A stretch of DNA of 64,000 bases from assembly GCA_016180645.1 (NCBI GenBank), contig JACPAV010000019.1:14560-78559 (forward strand), read 5' to 3'. A program made the position numbers and the translations under genes. The stretch comes from Nitrospirota bacterium (GTDB lineage: Bacteria > JACPQY01). Below the pieces are notes generated by a model, which saw nothing but the letters and a program-made list of their open reading frames with translations, did not search any database and was not told where the DNA came from. Below are positions 1 through 9,080 of this stretch, in pieces. Every line of letters starts with the position of its first letter. Position 1 is the first letter of the stretch.

Positions 1-181
1 CCCGCTTTGTGGCATCCAGCCAGTCGCGGGACGGCCATGCCCTCCTGGCGCCGGGCCACATCTTCATCATGTTCGACTCGGGCCTCACGGCGGAGGAGGC
101 CATCGATCGCGGCTTCGCTCTCGACGATTTTGTTGCTTGCGATCCCTCTCCGCCGACCTCGGCCGCGTCCTGTCCAATCCC

Positions 182-239
182 GGTAGCCGCAGGCTTTACG
201 CCTGCGTCAGAAGACGCACCCGTAAAGGGTGCGCCTACC
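182..239. repeat. REP-like double-hairpin element (GGTAG ... CTACC)
   Basis: GGTAGCC-GCAGGC-TTTAC-GCCTGC ... GCACCC-GTAAA-GGGTGC-GCCTACC. Two GC-rich stem-loops sit between GGTAG and CTACC termini. Same architecture as 1807-1862 and 34350-34406. Confidence 0.7.
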
Positions 240-280
240 AAGCCCGAGTGCAAGGACGCCTCCATTGAGAGGGCGGCTAC

Positions 281-323
281 CTCACTTACGACTCACGACC
301 CACGACTCACCACTCACGACTCA
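281..323 (+). repeat. Degenerate heptanucleotide tandem array (ACGACTC-like, about 6 units)
   Basis: Read directly: ctcactt acgactc acgaccc acgactc accactc acgactc. Related arrays at 1024-1050 and 2374-2438/2472-2496. Confidence 0.75.
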
Positions 324-350
324 TCCCTGTGCGTCCCGTTGGAGATCACG

Positions 351-968
351 ATGATCGGCTCGTCCTTTCGTGAGGCGTGGAATAGGGGAATCACCGAGTG
401 GAATGAAGGGTCGAAAGAGGGGCAAATCCGAGCGATCGACATTCATCAAGCCTGGGATCGATACAAACCCCCTTCGCTTGTTCCCGTCGATTTCAAGCCC
501 ATGAAAATCCCGGCGGTGCGAATCGAAAAGGAGTTTCCCGGTGAACTCCGCTCGATCGCCCTCTCGCACGTGCAAAGGACGGGCGCTGTGTGGAGTGAAA
601 AACTGGCCTCCTCTCCCGACGATCCGGAAGCGCTGAATCGACTGGCCGTGCTCCACGCGGAGTTCGGGTTCGGCGCCGAGGCCGAGAAGTGGCTCCTTCA
701 GATCCTTGCTCGTGATGCGGCGAGCGCCGACGCGAGCAACAATCTCGCCAACATCAGGTTCATGGGAAAGGACTTCAAGGCCGCGGCGGAATTGTACGCG
801 AGGGCGGCGACGGCGGACCCGTCGGACGCCTCGATACTCGCCGGACTTGCTCGCGCTCAATTCAGGGGTGGCGACGCCAAGCAGGCGAAGGAAACCCTCG
901 TCAAGGCCCTGCAGATCGACGCCGGGATCTTGGACGAATACCCTGACCTGACGCAGATTCAACGATAA
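351..968 (+). CDS. TPR-repeat protein (start uncertain; frame is open from 9)
   Basis: The C-terminal half of ORF 9..968 has TPR-like helices (ALNRLAVLHAEFGFGAEAEKW, NNLANIRFMGKDFKAAAELYARA, ILAGLARAQFRGGDAKQAKETL). ATG 351 follows GGAG at 341-344. The ORF upstream of 351 consists of a REP-like element and a heptamer array, so I prefer the internal start. Confidence 0.5.
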   Translation: MIGSSFREAWNRGITEWNEGSKEGQIRAIDIHQAWDRYKPPSLVPVDFKPMKIPAVRIEKEFPGELRSIALSHVQRTGAVWSEKLASSPDDPEALNRLAVLHAEFGFGAEAEKWLLQILARDAASADASNNLANIRFMGKDFKAAAELYARAATADPSDASILAGLARAQFRGGDAKQAKETLVKALQIDAGILDEYPDLTQIQR

Positions 969-1402
969 TGTCGTCACCCGTCACCCGTCGTTCCCTGCCG
1001 GTAGCCTTCTTTTTCCTCTTGCTACTCACGACTTACGATTCACGATTCACCGCGCCCTCTTCGGCGCTTGATCTCGGAAAGGTCGAGAACCTGATGAACG
1101 CGCTCGAAAAGAAACTAGAGCAAGCGGCGCCTGCGAAAACGGGTTCGAAGCGCACGATGACCGGCGGGGTCCGCGCGGCCCAACAGAAGGAGCAGATCAA
1201 GCTCTACTGGCGCGGCAAGCCGAAGCGAACCTCGATCCCGAGGCCGGCCGAGGATTTGGCCAAGGCACAACAGATCCTTGCCCTCCTGAGAGAAAAGAAA
1301 ACGGAGCAAGCGCGCGCCGAGATCGATGCCTTTGCGAAGGCGTTTCCGGAGAGCCCGTTCAAGGCGGAACTCGATTCGATTTCCCGGGAATTGGCGGAAT
1401 GA
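968..1402 (+). CDS. Hypothetical secreted protein
   Basis: 144-aa ORF whose start overlaps the upstream stop (TAATG). The N-terminus looks like a signal peptide (RRSLPVAFFFLLLLTT...APSSA). No recognisable domain. Confidence 0.45.
   Translation: MSSPVTRRSLPVAFFFLLLLTTYDSRFTAPSSALDLGKVENLMNALEKKLEQAAPAKTGSKRTMTGGVRAAQQKEQIKLYWRGKPKRTSIPRPAEDLAKAQQILALLREKKTEQARAEIDAFAKAFPESPFKAELDSISRELAE
1024..1050 (+). repeat. Heptanucleotide array (TCACGAC-like) inside the signal-peptide coding region
   Basis: actcacg acttacg attcacg attcacc, encoding LLTTYDSRFT in ORF 968..1402. Confidence 0.65.
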
Positions 1403-1440
1403 GAGCGCCAAGCCGGGTAAGAAGTCGGGGTCTGGGATCC

Positions 1441-1493
1441 GCAGGCATGAAGCCTGCGCCTACCGCTTGGTAGCCGCGGGCTTTACGCCCGCG
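1441..1493. repeat. Pair of REP-like hairpins between convergent genes (possible bidirectional terminator)
   Basis: GCAGGC-ATGAA-GCCTGC-GCCTACC, then GGTAGCC-GCGGGC-TTTAC-GCCCGC. The two units lie back to back between the 3' ends of 968..1402(+) and 1502..2488(-). Confidence 0.65.
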
Positions 1494-1501
1494 TCCTGAA
1501 T

Positions 1502-2488
1502 TCAGAAGCTCACGGCGGCGCCCAGGCGAAGTGAAATTAGGTCCTCGTCCAACCCCACGGGAAACGCCACGCCCCATCGCACGAGCCATTCCGGTTCCGG
1601 AGCCCAGAAGAATCCGATGATCGTGCTCATGCCGGGCGGATACTCCACCTCCTTGGCGAATTCGGCCCCGGCATCGAGGTTTCCCGTGAGATTCTTTCGA
1701 ACGGCCAGCGAGAATCCCCACTCGAAAACTCCCATGGGAACACGCGAATCGCACGTTGCCGTATCGAGTGGTGCGTGCCGCCGCGGCGCTCCCGGCAGTG
1801 CATCTTGGTAGGCGCGGACTTCAGTCCGCGATATGGACGCACCCCTAAAGGGTGCGGCTACCGAAGCATCCTGGGTCGGTCCTGCGCAGGCAAGATGGGC
1901 GAAAACGGAAGCGCCCATATTGGCGGCGAAGAGGAACCCGTCGGCGGAGGTTCGGCTCAGAACAAGGTGAAAGATTCCTCCCGGCCCCGATCCCAGGGTC
2001 TTCATGGCGTAGGCTGTGGGCACATCGATTTGCGCCGCCACAGCAAGGCGGAATGGAGGGGATTCCGGCTTGGCCACGATGTCGGCCAGTCGGTGTCGGC
2101 CTCCGATGGCGAATCCTTCGAATACACCTTGGGCCAGATCCAATCCTTCGGCAGGATTCGTAAGCCAGTGGAGATGCGTCTCGAGGTGGAAATCTTCGGA
2201 GAGACCTCTGATGTAGACAGGGGCGATTTCGATGCGCTGCCCCGTGGAGGGACCCAACTCCGGCCGGAAGTAGACCGCTTGAGTGGAGAAGACATTGGCT
2301 CCCGGGTGCACGGTATCCGCCGTGGCGGTGGCGAAGAAGTTCTGACCGTGGTGGGCGTGGGCGGTCTGAAGATGCGTGAAGAGTGACGCGTGAAGAGTGA
2401 TGAAGAGCGTGATGAGAGATGAGTGATGAGTGATGAGATAGGACCAATGCCTGGCGTCACTCCCGCGGGGTTTCACCTCACGCCTCAC
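1502..2488 (-). CDS. Putative outer-membrane beta-barrel protein (start uncertain; a REP-like element lies in frame)
   Basis: The C-terminus (ISLRLGAAVSF) ends in an aromatic residue, as OMP barrels do, and amphipathic stretches alternate along the ORF. A possible signal cleavage site is AHA/HH. The ORF reads through the 1807-1862 repeat and through the heptamer array at its 5' end. Confidence 0.45.
   Translation of the reverse strand: MRREVKPRGSDARHWSYLITHHSSLITLFITLHASLFTHLQTAHAHHGQNFFATATADTVHPGANVFSTQAVYFRPELGPSTGQRIEIAPVYIRGLSEDFHLETHLHWLTNPAEGLDLAQGVFEGFAIGGRHRLADIVAKPESPPFRLAVAAQIDVPTAYAMKTLGSGPGGIFHLVLSRTSADGFLFAANMGASVFAHLACAGPTQDASVAAPFRGASISRTEVRAYQDALPGAPRRHAPLDTATCDSRVPMGVFEWGFSLAVRKNLTGNLDAGAEFAKEVEYPPGMSTIIGFFWAPEPEWLVRWGVAFPVGLDEDLISLRLGAAVSF
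1807..1862. repeat. REP-like double-hairpin element embedded in ORF 1502..2488
   Basis: GGTAGGC-GCGGAC-TTCA-GTCCGC ... GCACCC-CTAAA-GGGTGC-GGCTACC. The second hairpin is nearly identical to that of 182-239. Confidence 0.7.
2374..2438 (-). repeat. Heptanucleotide array (TCATCAC/TCTTCAC-like on minus strand)
   Basis: gcgtgaagagtgacgcgtgaagagtgatgaagagcgtgatgagagatgagtgatgagtgatgaga. A short array in opposite orientation sits at 2472-2496 (tcacctcacgcctcacccatcacg). Confidence 0.7.
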
Positions 2489-2499
2489 CCATCACGTAT

Positions 2500-3477
2500 T
2501 TATCCCCTGCCCCACGTGGCCAACTGCTCGTACGGGTAGCCCATCGGGATCGCGCTCGCCTCGTCGAGACGGGCAAGGCCGTCTGCGTCAAGCTTCACAT
2601 CCGGAGAATACAGGTTCTCCTTCGCCTGCTCCAGCGTTCGCGCCCCCAGGATGGCGCTGGTCACCCCAGGCTGGGCCATCACCCAGGAGAGCGCCACCTG
2701 AGAAGGGGTGGCTTTCCGCCCTTCCGCCTCGGACTTCAACACGTCCACGATTTTCCCATTCCGCTCCGAGAACGTTTCCAGCTCTTGCTTCCGGCTCCAG
2801 CGGGCGTCCTGCGGACCCTCCCCCGTGGCACTGTATTTCCCCGAGAGAACGCCACCCGCCAAGGGACTCCACGCGATCACCCCGAGCGCTTCAAAGCGGC
2901 AGAGCGGTAGAATCTCCCTCTCGATGTCGCGGCAGAGCAGGCTGTACTGCGGCTGGAGGCATTCCAAACGCTCCCACCCCCGTTGTTCGCTCCGTGAGAG
3001 CGCCTGGGCGAGATGCCAGGCCGCCAGATTCGACGCGCCGACATGGCGCGCTTTCCCCTGCCGCACGAAATCATTCAGCGTGGAAAGGACCAGATCAAGC
3101 GCGGTCTCCTCGTGCCACATATGGATCTGGTATAGATCGATGTAGTCGGTTCGAAGCCGGCGCAGGCTTGCATGGAGGGCATCGTAGAGGTGCTTGCGTG
3201 AAAGACCCATGTCGTTCGGGCCGTCGCCCGTGCGGAACCGGCCTTTCGTCGCCAGGACGATCCGATCCCGCCGGCCCTTCAGGGCGTCCCCGAGAATTTC
3301 CTCGCTTCGGCCGCGCGCATACACATCCGCGGTGTCGATGAAGTTGATCCCCTTTTCAAGGCAGAGATCCAAGATCCGGAGCGATTCCGCTCCGTCGGTC
3401 TCCCGTCCAAACGTCATCGTGCCGAGGCAGAGGGGCGAGACTTTCAGCCCGGTTCGGCCGAGCACTCGGTATTCCAT
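2500..3477 (-). CDS. Aldo/keto reductase family oxidoreductase
   Basis: MEYRVLGRTGLKVSPLCLGTMTFG... is a typical AKR N-terminus. The start is trimmed to the ATG at 3477; the 54-codon upstream extension in the track is R/G/P-rich and overlaps the neighbouring gene's 3' end. Confidence 0.88.
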   Translation of the reverse strand: MEYRVLGRTGLKVSPLCLGTMTFGRETDGAESLRILDLCLEKGINFIDTADVYARGRSEEILGDALKGRRDRIVLATKGRFRTGDGPNDMGLSRKHLYDALHASLRRLRTDYIDLYQIHMWHEETALDLVLSTLNDFVRQGKARHVGASNLAAWHLAQALSRSEQRGWERLECLQPQYSLLCRDIEREILPLCRFEALGVIAWSPLAGGVLSGKYSATGEGPQDARWSRKQELETFSERNGKIVDVLKSEAEGRKATPSQVALSWVMAQPGVTSAILGARTLEQAKENLYSPDVKLDADGLARLDEASAIPMGYPYEQLATWGRG

Positions 3478-3563
3478 GATGAGGTCTTGTTTACGCCAAC
3501 GGGGCGGTGGATTCAACCCATCGGGTGAGTCCGCGTGACGCGGGCCGCTCAGGTTGTCGAACC

Positions 3564-4739
3564 CTAAAATCGAGGGAGACAAATGGTAAACGTCGTCCCC
3601 TTCCCCGGCTCGCTCACCACGGAAACGTCTCCGTTGCACCGGCGAACGATCCCGAACACGGTGGCCAGCCCGAGTCCGGTCCCCCCGGCCGAGCCCTTGG
3701 TGGTGAAGAACGGTTCGAAGAGATGCGCCTGCACCTCCGGCGTCATGCCCGTCCCGGTGTCGGTCACTTCCACGCGGACACAGGGCGCCCTCCCCGAATC
3801 GTCTCCGGCGCGCAAGACGTGATGATCCGGTCCTCCCTCCCGCGACCTCACCACGAGTCTTCCGCCATCGGTCATGGCGTCCCGCGCATTCAGGGCCAGA
3901 TTCATCAGGATCTGTTCGACCTGCGCCGGCTCCATCCGCACGGAGCCCGCCTTCTCATCGAGATCGAGAACAATCTCGATCTTCCCGCGGAAAAGCCGTC
4001 GAATCGTCTTTTCAAACCCCGCCAGGACGTCGTTCACGAGGACGGTTTCCTGGCTGCTTCCGCTCCTTCCACCGAGTGCCATCAGCCGCTTCGTGAGATC
4101 CTCGGCCTCACGCGTCGCCGCATCGATGGCCTCCGCCTCCTTGCGCGCGTCGGACGAAAGATCATCCCGAGAAAGGAGCATCTGATTGTTCGTGGAAATG
4201 GCGGTCAGCAGGTTGTTGAAATCGTGGGCCAACCCCGCCGCAAGGCGACCGAGTGTGTCCATCTTCTGTGCCCGGAAGGCGTCTTGCTCCGCCTTTCTGC
4301 GGGCCGTCATGTCCTCGATGATGCCCAGGCCGAGACGCTTGCCGCCGGGGGCCGTCACCGCCGCCGCCCAGAGCCTCATGTCGATGGTCGCGCCACCCTT
4401 CTTGACCCGGCCGGGACCATCGACCTGGATGAACTCGCCCCGCATGGTGGCCGCCAGGTTCCTTTTGAACTCCTCCAGCCTCTCCGGAGGAACAAGCGGA
4501 TTGGGCCGACCCAACACCTCATCGGCGGACCAACCGAAGATGCGTTCCGCCGCCGGATTCCACAACCAAACCCGGCCCTCCGCATCCACGCCCACGATCG
4601 CCAGCGGCGTTGCGTCAACAACCTTTCGGAAAAACTCGCCTCCCTCCTCGTCGGCCCCGCGGCCCGGTCGGACGGCATTCTCCTGCCCAGACGCCGACGC
4701 CATCTTGTCCAGCCATCTCCGCATGAACCCGATTCGCAC
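3564..4739 (-). CDS. PAS-domain sensor histidine kinase (no adjacent response regulator)
   Basis: PAS-like region (VVDATPLAIVGVDAEGRVWLWNPAAERIFGW), HisKA H-box (LAAGLAHDFNNLLTAI), and HATPase N and G boxes (LMNLALNARDAM, GTGLGLATVFGIV). Confidence 0.85.
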   Translation of the reverse strand: MRIGFMRRWLDKMASASGQENAVRPGRGADEEGGEFFRKVVDATPLAIVGVDAEGRVWLWNPAAERIFGWSADEVLGRPNPLVPPERLEEFKRNLAATMRGEFIQVDGPGRVKKGGATIDMRLWAAAVTAPGGKRLGLGIIEDMTARRKAEQDAFRAQKMDTLGRLAAGLAHDFNNLLTAISTNNQMLLSRDDLSSDARKEAEAIDAATREAEDLTKRLMALGGRSGSSQETVLVNDVLAGFEKTIRRLFRGKIEIVLDLDEKAGSVRMEPAQVEQILMNLALNARDAMTDGGRLVVRSREGGPDHHVLRAGDDSGRAPCVRVEVTDTGTGMTPEVQAHLFEPFFTTKGSAGGTGLGLATVFGIVRRCNGDVSVVSEPGKGTTFTICLPRF

Positions 4740-4853
4740 CTTCTCCCGATTCTCCTTCGTGGTAAATATCGTTCCCCACGCACCCGGAATACATGACCTC
4801 GGACAGGAAAAGTTGCTTTTCCCCCCTGGGCGTCAATACCTACGGCCAGGCTG

Positions 4854-6056
4854 TCAGCGCCGAAGGCGGGCGAGGGAGCGGAGGCGCATGGACTGGAGCT
4901 TGATGAAGCCGGTGGCGTCCTTGTGCTGGAGCTCGAAGGCGGTCTCAAACGAAGACCATTTCGGATTGTAAAGGCTTCGAGCCGATTTGCGGCCCGTCAC
5001 CCGCACCCCGCCTCGATAAAGTTGAAGTCTCACCGTGCCGGTCACATTGACTTGCGTTTCGTCCACCGTCTTCTGCAGGAGCTCCCTTTCGGGCGCAAAC
5101 CAAAAACCATAGTACACGCACTCCGCGTATTTCGGGATCAATGAATCCCTCAGTCGCATGACCTCACGATCCATGGTGATGTGCTCCAGCGCGCGGTGGG
5201 CCGCGAAGAGAATCGTTCCCCCCGGTGTCTCATACACGCCGTGCGACTTGATTCCGATGAACCGGTTCTCGACAACGTCCGATCGCCCGATTCCATGTTT
5301 CGCGCCCAGGTCGTTCAGGCGTCCCAGCACCCCCTCGGGCGAAAGCGGGCGGCCGTTCACCGCCACGGGATCTCCACGTCGGAAATCGATGGTGATGTTT
5401 TCGGGTCTGGACGGCGCCTTCCAAGGCGATGTCGTCCATTCGAACATGCTCTCCGACGGCTCGTTCCACGGGTCCTCGAGAATTCCCCCCTCGTAGCTGA
5501 TGTGGAGCATGTTGCGATCCACGCTGTACGGCTTCGACGCGGTCACGGGCACCGGAATCTTTTTCTCCGCCGCGTATCGGATCAGGTCCGTCCGCGACGT
5601 GAACGACCACTCTCTCCACGGCGCAATGACCTTGATCGCGGGATCCATCGCGTAGTAGGTCAATTCGAACCGCGCCTGGTCGTTCCCCTTTCCCGTCGAG
5701 CCGTGCGAGACGGCGTCCGCGCGTTCGGCCCGCGCAGCGAGCACCTGGTGCCTCGCGATGATCGGTCTCGCTATCGAAGTCCCCATGAGATACGAGCCTT
5801 CATAGATGGCCCCGGCCCGGAACATCGGAAACACGAAATCCCTCACGAACTCACGGCGAAGATCCTTCACCATCACCTTGGAGGCGCCCACCGCTTTTGC
5901 CCGCCTTACGGCGAGGGCCAGATCCTCCTTCTGGCCGATGTCCGCCACAAAGCACACCACGTCGCACCCGTACGTATCGATGAGCCACCGGAGGATGACG
6001 GAGGTGTCCAATCCTCCCGAATACGCCAGCACCACCTTGCGCACTTTTTCCATCAA
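4854..6056 (-). CDS. argG: Argininosuccinate synthase
   Basis: [17 protein letters not shown]-binding motif and full-length 400 aa typical of ArgG. Start overlaps the argF stop. Confidence 0.95.
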   Translation of the reverse strand: MMEKVRKVVLAYSGGLDTSVILRWLIDTYGCDVVCFVADIGQKEDLALAVRRAKAVGASKVMVKDLRREFVRDFVFPMFRAGAIYEGSYLMGTSIARPIIARHQVLAARAERADAVSHGSTGKGNDQARFELTYYAMDPAIKVIAPWREWSFTSRTDLIRYAAEKKIPVPVTASKPYSVDRNMLHISYEGGILEDPWNEPSESMFEWTTSPWKAPSRPENITIDFRRGDPVAVNGRPLSPEGVLGRLNDLGAKHGIGRSDVVENRFIGIKSHGVYETPGGTILFAAHRALEHITMDREVMRLRDSLIPKYAECVYYGFWFAPERELLQKTVDETQVNVTGTVRLQLYRGGVRVTGRKSARSLYNPKWSSFETAFELQHKDATGFIKLQSMRLRSLARLRR

Positions 6057-6964
6057 CGTAAGCCTCCAAAAAGTCGTTCCAGGATCGCCTTTTGCACGTG
6101 CAGCCGGTTTTCGGCTTGGTCGAAAACGATCGATCGGTCGCTTTCGATCACCTCCTCCGTGATTTCCTCCCCGCGATGCGCGGGGAGACAGTGCATGACG
6201 AGCGCGTTTGGACCGGCGGCACGCACAATCTTCTCATTGATCTGGTATTTCCGAAAGGCCTTCAACTTCTTTCCCCGGTCTTTTTCCTGCCCCATGCTCA
6301 CCCACACGTCGGTATACAGAACGTCGGCCCCCTCCGCCGCGCGGACGGGGTCCCGCTCAATCCGTACCGCCCGGCCATTCTGTTTCGCGCATTGAAGGAC
6401 GGCCTTGTCCGGCTCGAAACCTTTGGGGCACGCCACGGTCAACTTCATTCCGTAGAGCGCCGCGGCCTGCGCCAGGGTGTTCGCGATGTTGTTCCCATCC
6501 CCGATGTACACCAGTTTCGTCTCCGCGATTATCCGCCCGCGCTCGACCAGCGTGAACAGATCCGCCAGGATTTGGCACGGGTGGAGCGCGTCCGTGAGCG
6601 CGTTCACCACCGGAACCGAGGCGTTCCGGGCAATTTCTTCCAGAGTTGACTGCGCGAAGGTACGCAAAACGATCCCGTCCACATATCGACTCATGATACG
6701 GCCGACATCCCGCGGTTCTTCGCCCCGGACCAGGTGCGTGTCCTGCCCGCTCAGGAAGATCGGCGTTCCACCCAGCTCGTGGATGCCCACTTCAAAAGAG
6801 ACCCGCGTGCGCGTGGAAGCCTTCTGGAAGATGAGCGCCACGCTCTTCCCTTCCAGGGGGCGTTCATGCTTCCGGCGATTCTTCTTGAAATGAGTCGCCC
6901 GGGCGAAAAGGTGATCGAGATCCGCCGCCGGCAGATCGTCCAGACTAAGCAGGTGCCGAGCCAC
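6053..6964 (-). CDS. argF: Ornithine carbamoyltransferase
   Basis: [20 protein letters not shown] and [10 protein letters not shown] motifs. Confidence 0.93.
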   Translation of the reverse strand: MARHLLSLDDLPAADLDHLFARATHFKKNRRKHERPLEGKSVALIFQKASTRTRVSFEVGIHELGGTPIFLSGQDTHLVRGEEPRDVGRIMSRYVDGIVLRTFAQSTLEEIARNASVPVVNALTDALHPCQILADLFTLVERGRIIAETKLVYIGDGNNIANTLAQAAALYGMKLTVACPKGFEPDKAVLQCAKQNGRAVRIERDPVRAAEGADVLYTDVWVSMGQEKDRGKKLKAFRKYQINEKIVRAAGPNALVMHCLPAHRGEEITEEVIESDRSIVFDQAENRLHVQKAILERLFGGLR

Positions 6965-8189
6965 GTTCTTTCTCCGCCTGCCGGATGGCCTCTTCCAAAA
7001 TCTTGATCGCGCGATCGACCTCGGCCCGCTTCACGTTGAGCGGCGGCACCAGACGGACGACCCGGTCCTGAACCACCGTCACCAAAAGTCCTTCCTCCAG
7101 GCACATCGCCGCCACGGGGCGAGCGGGAACGTTCAACTCCACCGCCTGGATCATTCCGATGCCCCGGACGTCCTGCACCGGCGGAATCGCGCGCAAGCCC
7201 TCGAGTTTCTCCCGGAGGTACGCGCCCATCTGCCGGCTCTTCTCGAGAAATCCGTTCTCCATCAGCTTCCGGAACGCCCAAAGCCCCGCCTGCGCCACGA
7301 GCGGGCTGCCGCCCATCGTCACCGCGTGGGACCCCGGCCCCAGAGCGGAGGCCAGTTCGGTCTTCGCGAGCATGGCCGCCATGGGGAGCCCCCCCCCCAG
7401 GGATTTCCCCAGGGTCAGAATGTCCGGCTCCACCCCGAATTGCTGGTACGCAAACAGTTTTCCCGTCCGCCCCAGCCCCACCTGTACTTCATCGAAGATC
7501 AGGAGCGTCTTTTTCTTGGTGCACATCTCCCGCACTTTCCGTAGATAGTCTTCCGACGGCATCACAACGCCGCCCTCGGCCTGAACCGGTTCCATCATCA
7601 CGGCCGCCGTTCGCATCCCGAGAATGGCCTCAAGCGCCACAAGGTCATTGAAGGGTACGTGGAAAAACCCGGGCACAAGCGGCTCGAATCCTTTGTGATA
7701 CTTCACCTGGCCTGTGGCCGAGAGCGACCCGAAGGTCCTCCCGTGGAAGGAGTTGAACAACGCTACGATTTCATATTTCTCGTCGCCGTGGGTCTCTTTC
7801 CCGTACTTGCGGGCCAGCTTGATCGCCGCCTCGTTGGCCTCCGTGCCGCTGTTGCAGAAAAACACTTTCGATGGGAAAGAGGCCTTGACCAACTCCTCCG
7901 CCAGTTCCGCCTGCGGCGCCGTGTAGTAGAGATTCGACACATGGGCAAGCGTGGCGGCCTGCTGCTTGACCACGTCGGCAAATCCCTCCGGCGCGTGCCC
8001 CAGCGACATCACGGCAATTCCGCCGACAAAATCGAGGTACTTCTTCCCATCCGCATCCCACACCCAGCTTCCCTCGCCCCGCACAAGAGCGATGGGAAAC
8101 CTGGCATAGTTCGGCATCAGGAAGGCATCGGCCTTCTGGATGATGTCGGCCCGCGTCAGTTCCTTGGTCGATCCGCTTGGAGGACTCAT
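6945..8189 (-). CDS. argD: Acetylornithine aminotransferase (class III PLP aminotransferase)
   Basis: LIFDEVQVGLGRTGKLFA and TLGKSLGGGLP (PLP lysine) motifs, in arg-operon context. Confidence 0.9.
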   Translation of the reverse strand: MSPPSGSTKELTRADIIQKADAFLMPNYARFPIALVRGEGSWVWDADGKKYLDFVGGIAVMSLGHAPEGFADVVKQQAATLAHVSNLYYTAPQAELAEELVKASFPSKVFFCNSGTEANEAAIKLARKYGKETHGDEKYEIVALFNSFHGRTFGSLSATGQVKYHKGFEPLVPGFFHVPFNDLVALEAILGMRTAAVMMEPVQAEGGVVMPSEDYLRKVREMCTKKKTLLIFDEVQVGLGRTGKLFAYQQFGVEPDILTLGKSLGGGLPMAAMLAKTELASALGPGSHAVTMGGSPLVAQAGLWAFRKLMENGFLEKSRQMGAYLREKLEGLRAIPPVQDVRGIGMIQAVELNVPARPVAAMCLEEGLLVTVVQDRVVRLVPPLNVKRAEVDRAIKILEEAIRQAEKERGSAPA

Positions 8190-9079
8190 TTGGAGAGGAT
8201 CTCCGTCCCCACGCCCTCGTTCGTGAATATCTCCAAGAGGACGGCGTGGGAGATCCGTCCATCCACGATGTGGGCCTTCTTCACGCCATGCGACACGGCC
8301 TCCAGGCAGGCGTTCACCTTCGGGATCATACCGTCGCGAATGACATTCTTCTGGAGCAGCTTCTGGATCTCCCCGCGGCGCAACGAGGGGATCAGTTCTT
8401 CGTTCTCGCCCAGAATGCCCCGCGTGTCGGTCATCATGATCATCTTCTCGGCCTGAAGCGATTCCGCCAGACGCCCCGCAACCACGTCCGCATTGATATT
8501 GTAGCTTTCCCCCTTCGGCCCCACGCCCACGGGAGCAATGACGGGGATGAAATGGTCGCGGTGGAGGGCCGTGAGCACCTCCGTGTTCACACCCGCGACC
8601 ACGCCCACCTGGCCGAGATCCACTTTCTTTCCGTTCACTTCCTTCGTCATCTTTCGGGCCTTGATGAGGTTGCCGTCCTTCCCCGATAGGCCGACCGCCT
8701 TCGCTCCCGCCAGGTTGATCTGCGCCACAATACGCGAATTGATCTGCCCCAGCAGGACCATCTCCACCACGCTCATGGCCTCCGCATCCGTCACGCGCAT
8801 GCCGTCTACAAACGAATACTGGAGCTTCATCTTGTCCAGCGCATCGCTGATCTGCGGCCCGCCGCCGTGAACGACGATCGGGTTGATCCCCACAAATTTC
8901 AGGAGCGAGATGTCCTCCGCAAAATCCTGCTGGAGGGCTGGATCCTCCATCGTGCGACCGCCCAGCTTCACCACAAACGTCTTGCCCCAGAATCGGCGGA
9001 TGTACGGAAGGACCTCCACCAGCACATCCGCTTTGTGGCGGACGGATTCAGGAATTTCACCCACGCTCATCCCACGCAC
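8186..9079 (-). CDS. argB: Acetylglutamate kinase
   Basis: FVVKLGG...VVHGGGPQI...NINAD motifs of the amino-acid kinase family, in arg-operon context. Confidence 0.92.
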   Translation of the reverse strand: MRGMSVGEIPESVRHKADVLVEVLPYIRRFWGKTFVVKLGGRTMEDPALQQDFAEDISLLKFVGINPIVVHGGGPQISDALDKMKLQYSFVDGMRVTDAEAMSVVEMVLLGQINSRIVAQINLAGAKAVGLSGKDGNLIKARKMTKEVNGKKVDLGQVGVVAGVNTEVLTALHRDHFIPVIAPVGVGPKGESYNINADVVAGRLAESLQAEKMIMMTDTRGILGENEELIPSLRRGEIQKLLQKNVIRDGMIPKVNACLEAVSHGVKKAHIVDGRISHAVLLEIFTNEGVGTEILSK

Positions 9080-9080
9080 T

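Noticed and set aside
9-350. N-terminal 114 codons of ORF 9..968 as part of the TPR protein or as the tail of an upstream gene
   Set aside because: This stretch contains a REP-like element and a heptamer array that happen to stay open in this frame. I could not decide between the 3' end of an upstream gene and non-coding sequence, so it is left unannotated.
2500-3639. N-terminal extensions of several track ORFs (2500..3639, 9081..10742, 25729..27159, 49099..50577, 52727..54319, 17946..19679, 57622..59505)
   Set aside because: In each case the extension is R/G/P-rich, overlaps the neighbouring gene, and precedes an internal start that reproduces the canonical family N-terminus. The coordinates were trimmed accordingly.
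3507-6395. Long plus-strand ORFs 3507..4796 and 5181..6395
   Set aside because: They are antisense to the histidine kinase and to argG/argF, which have unambiguous signatures.
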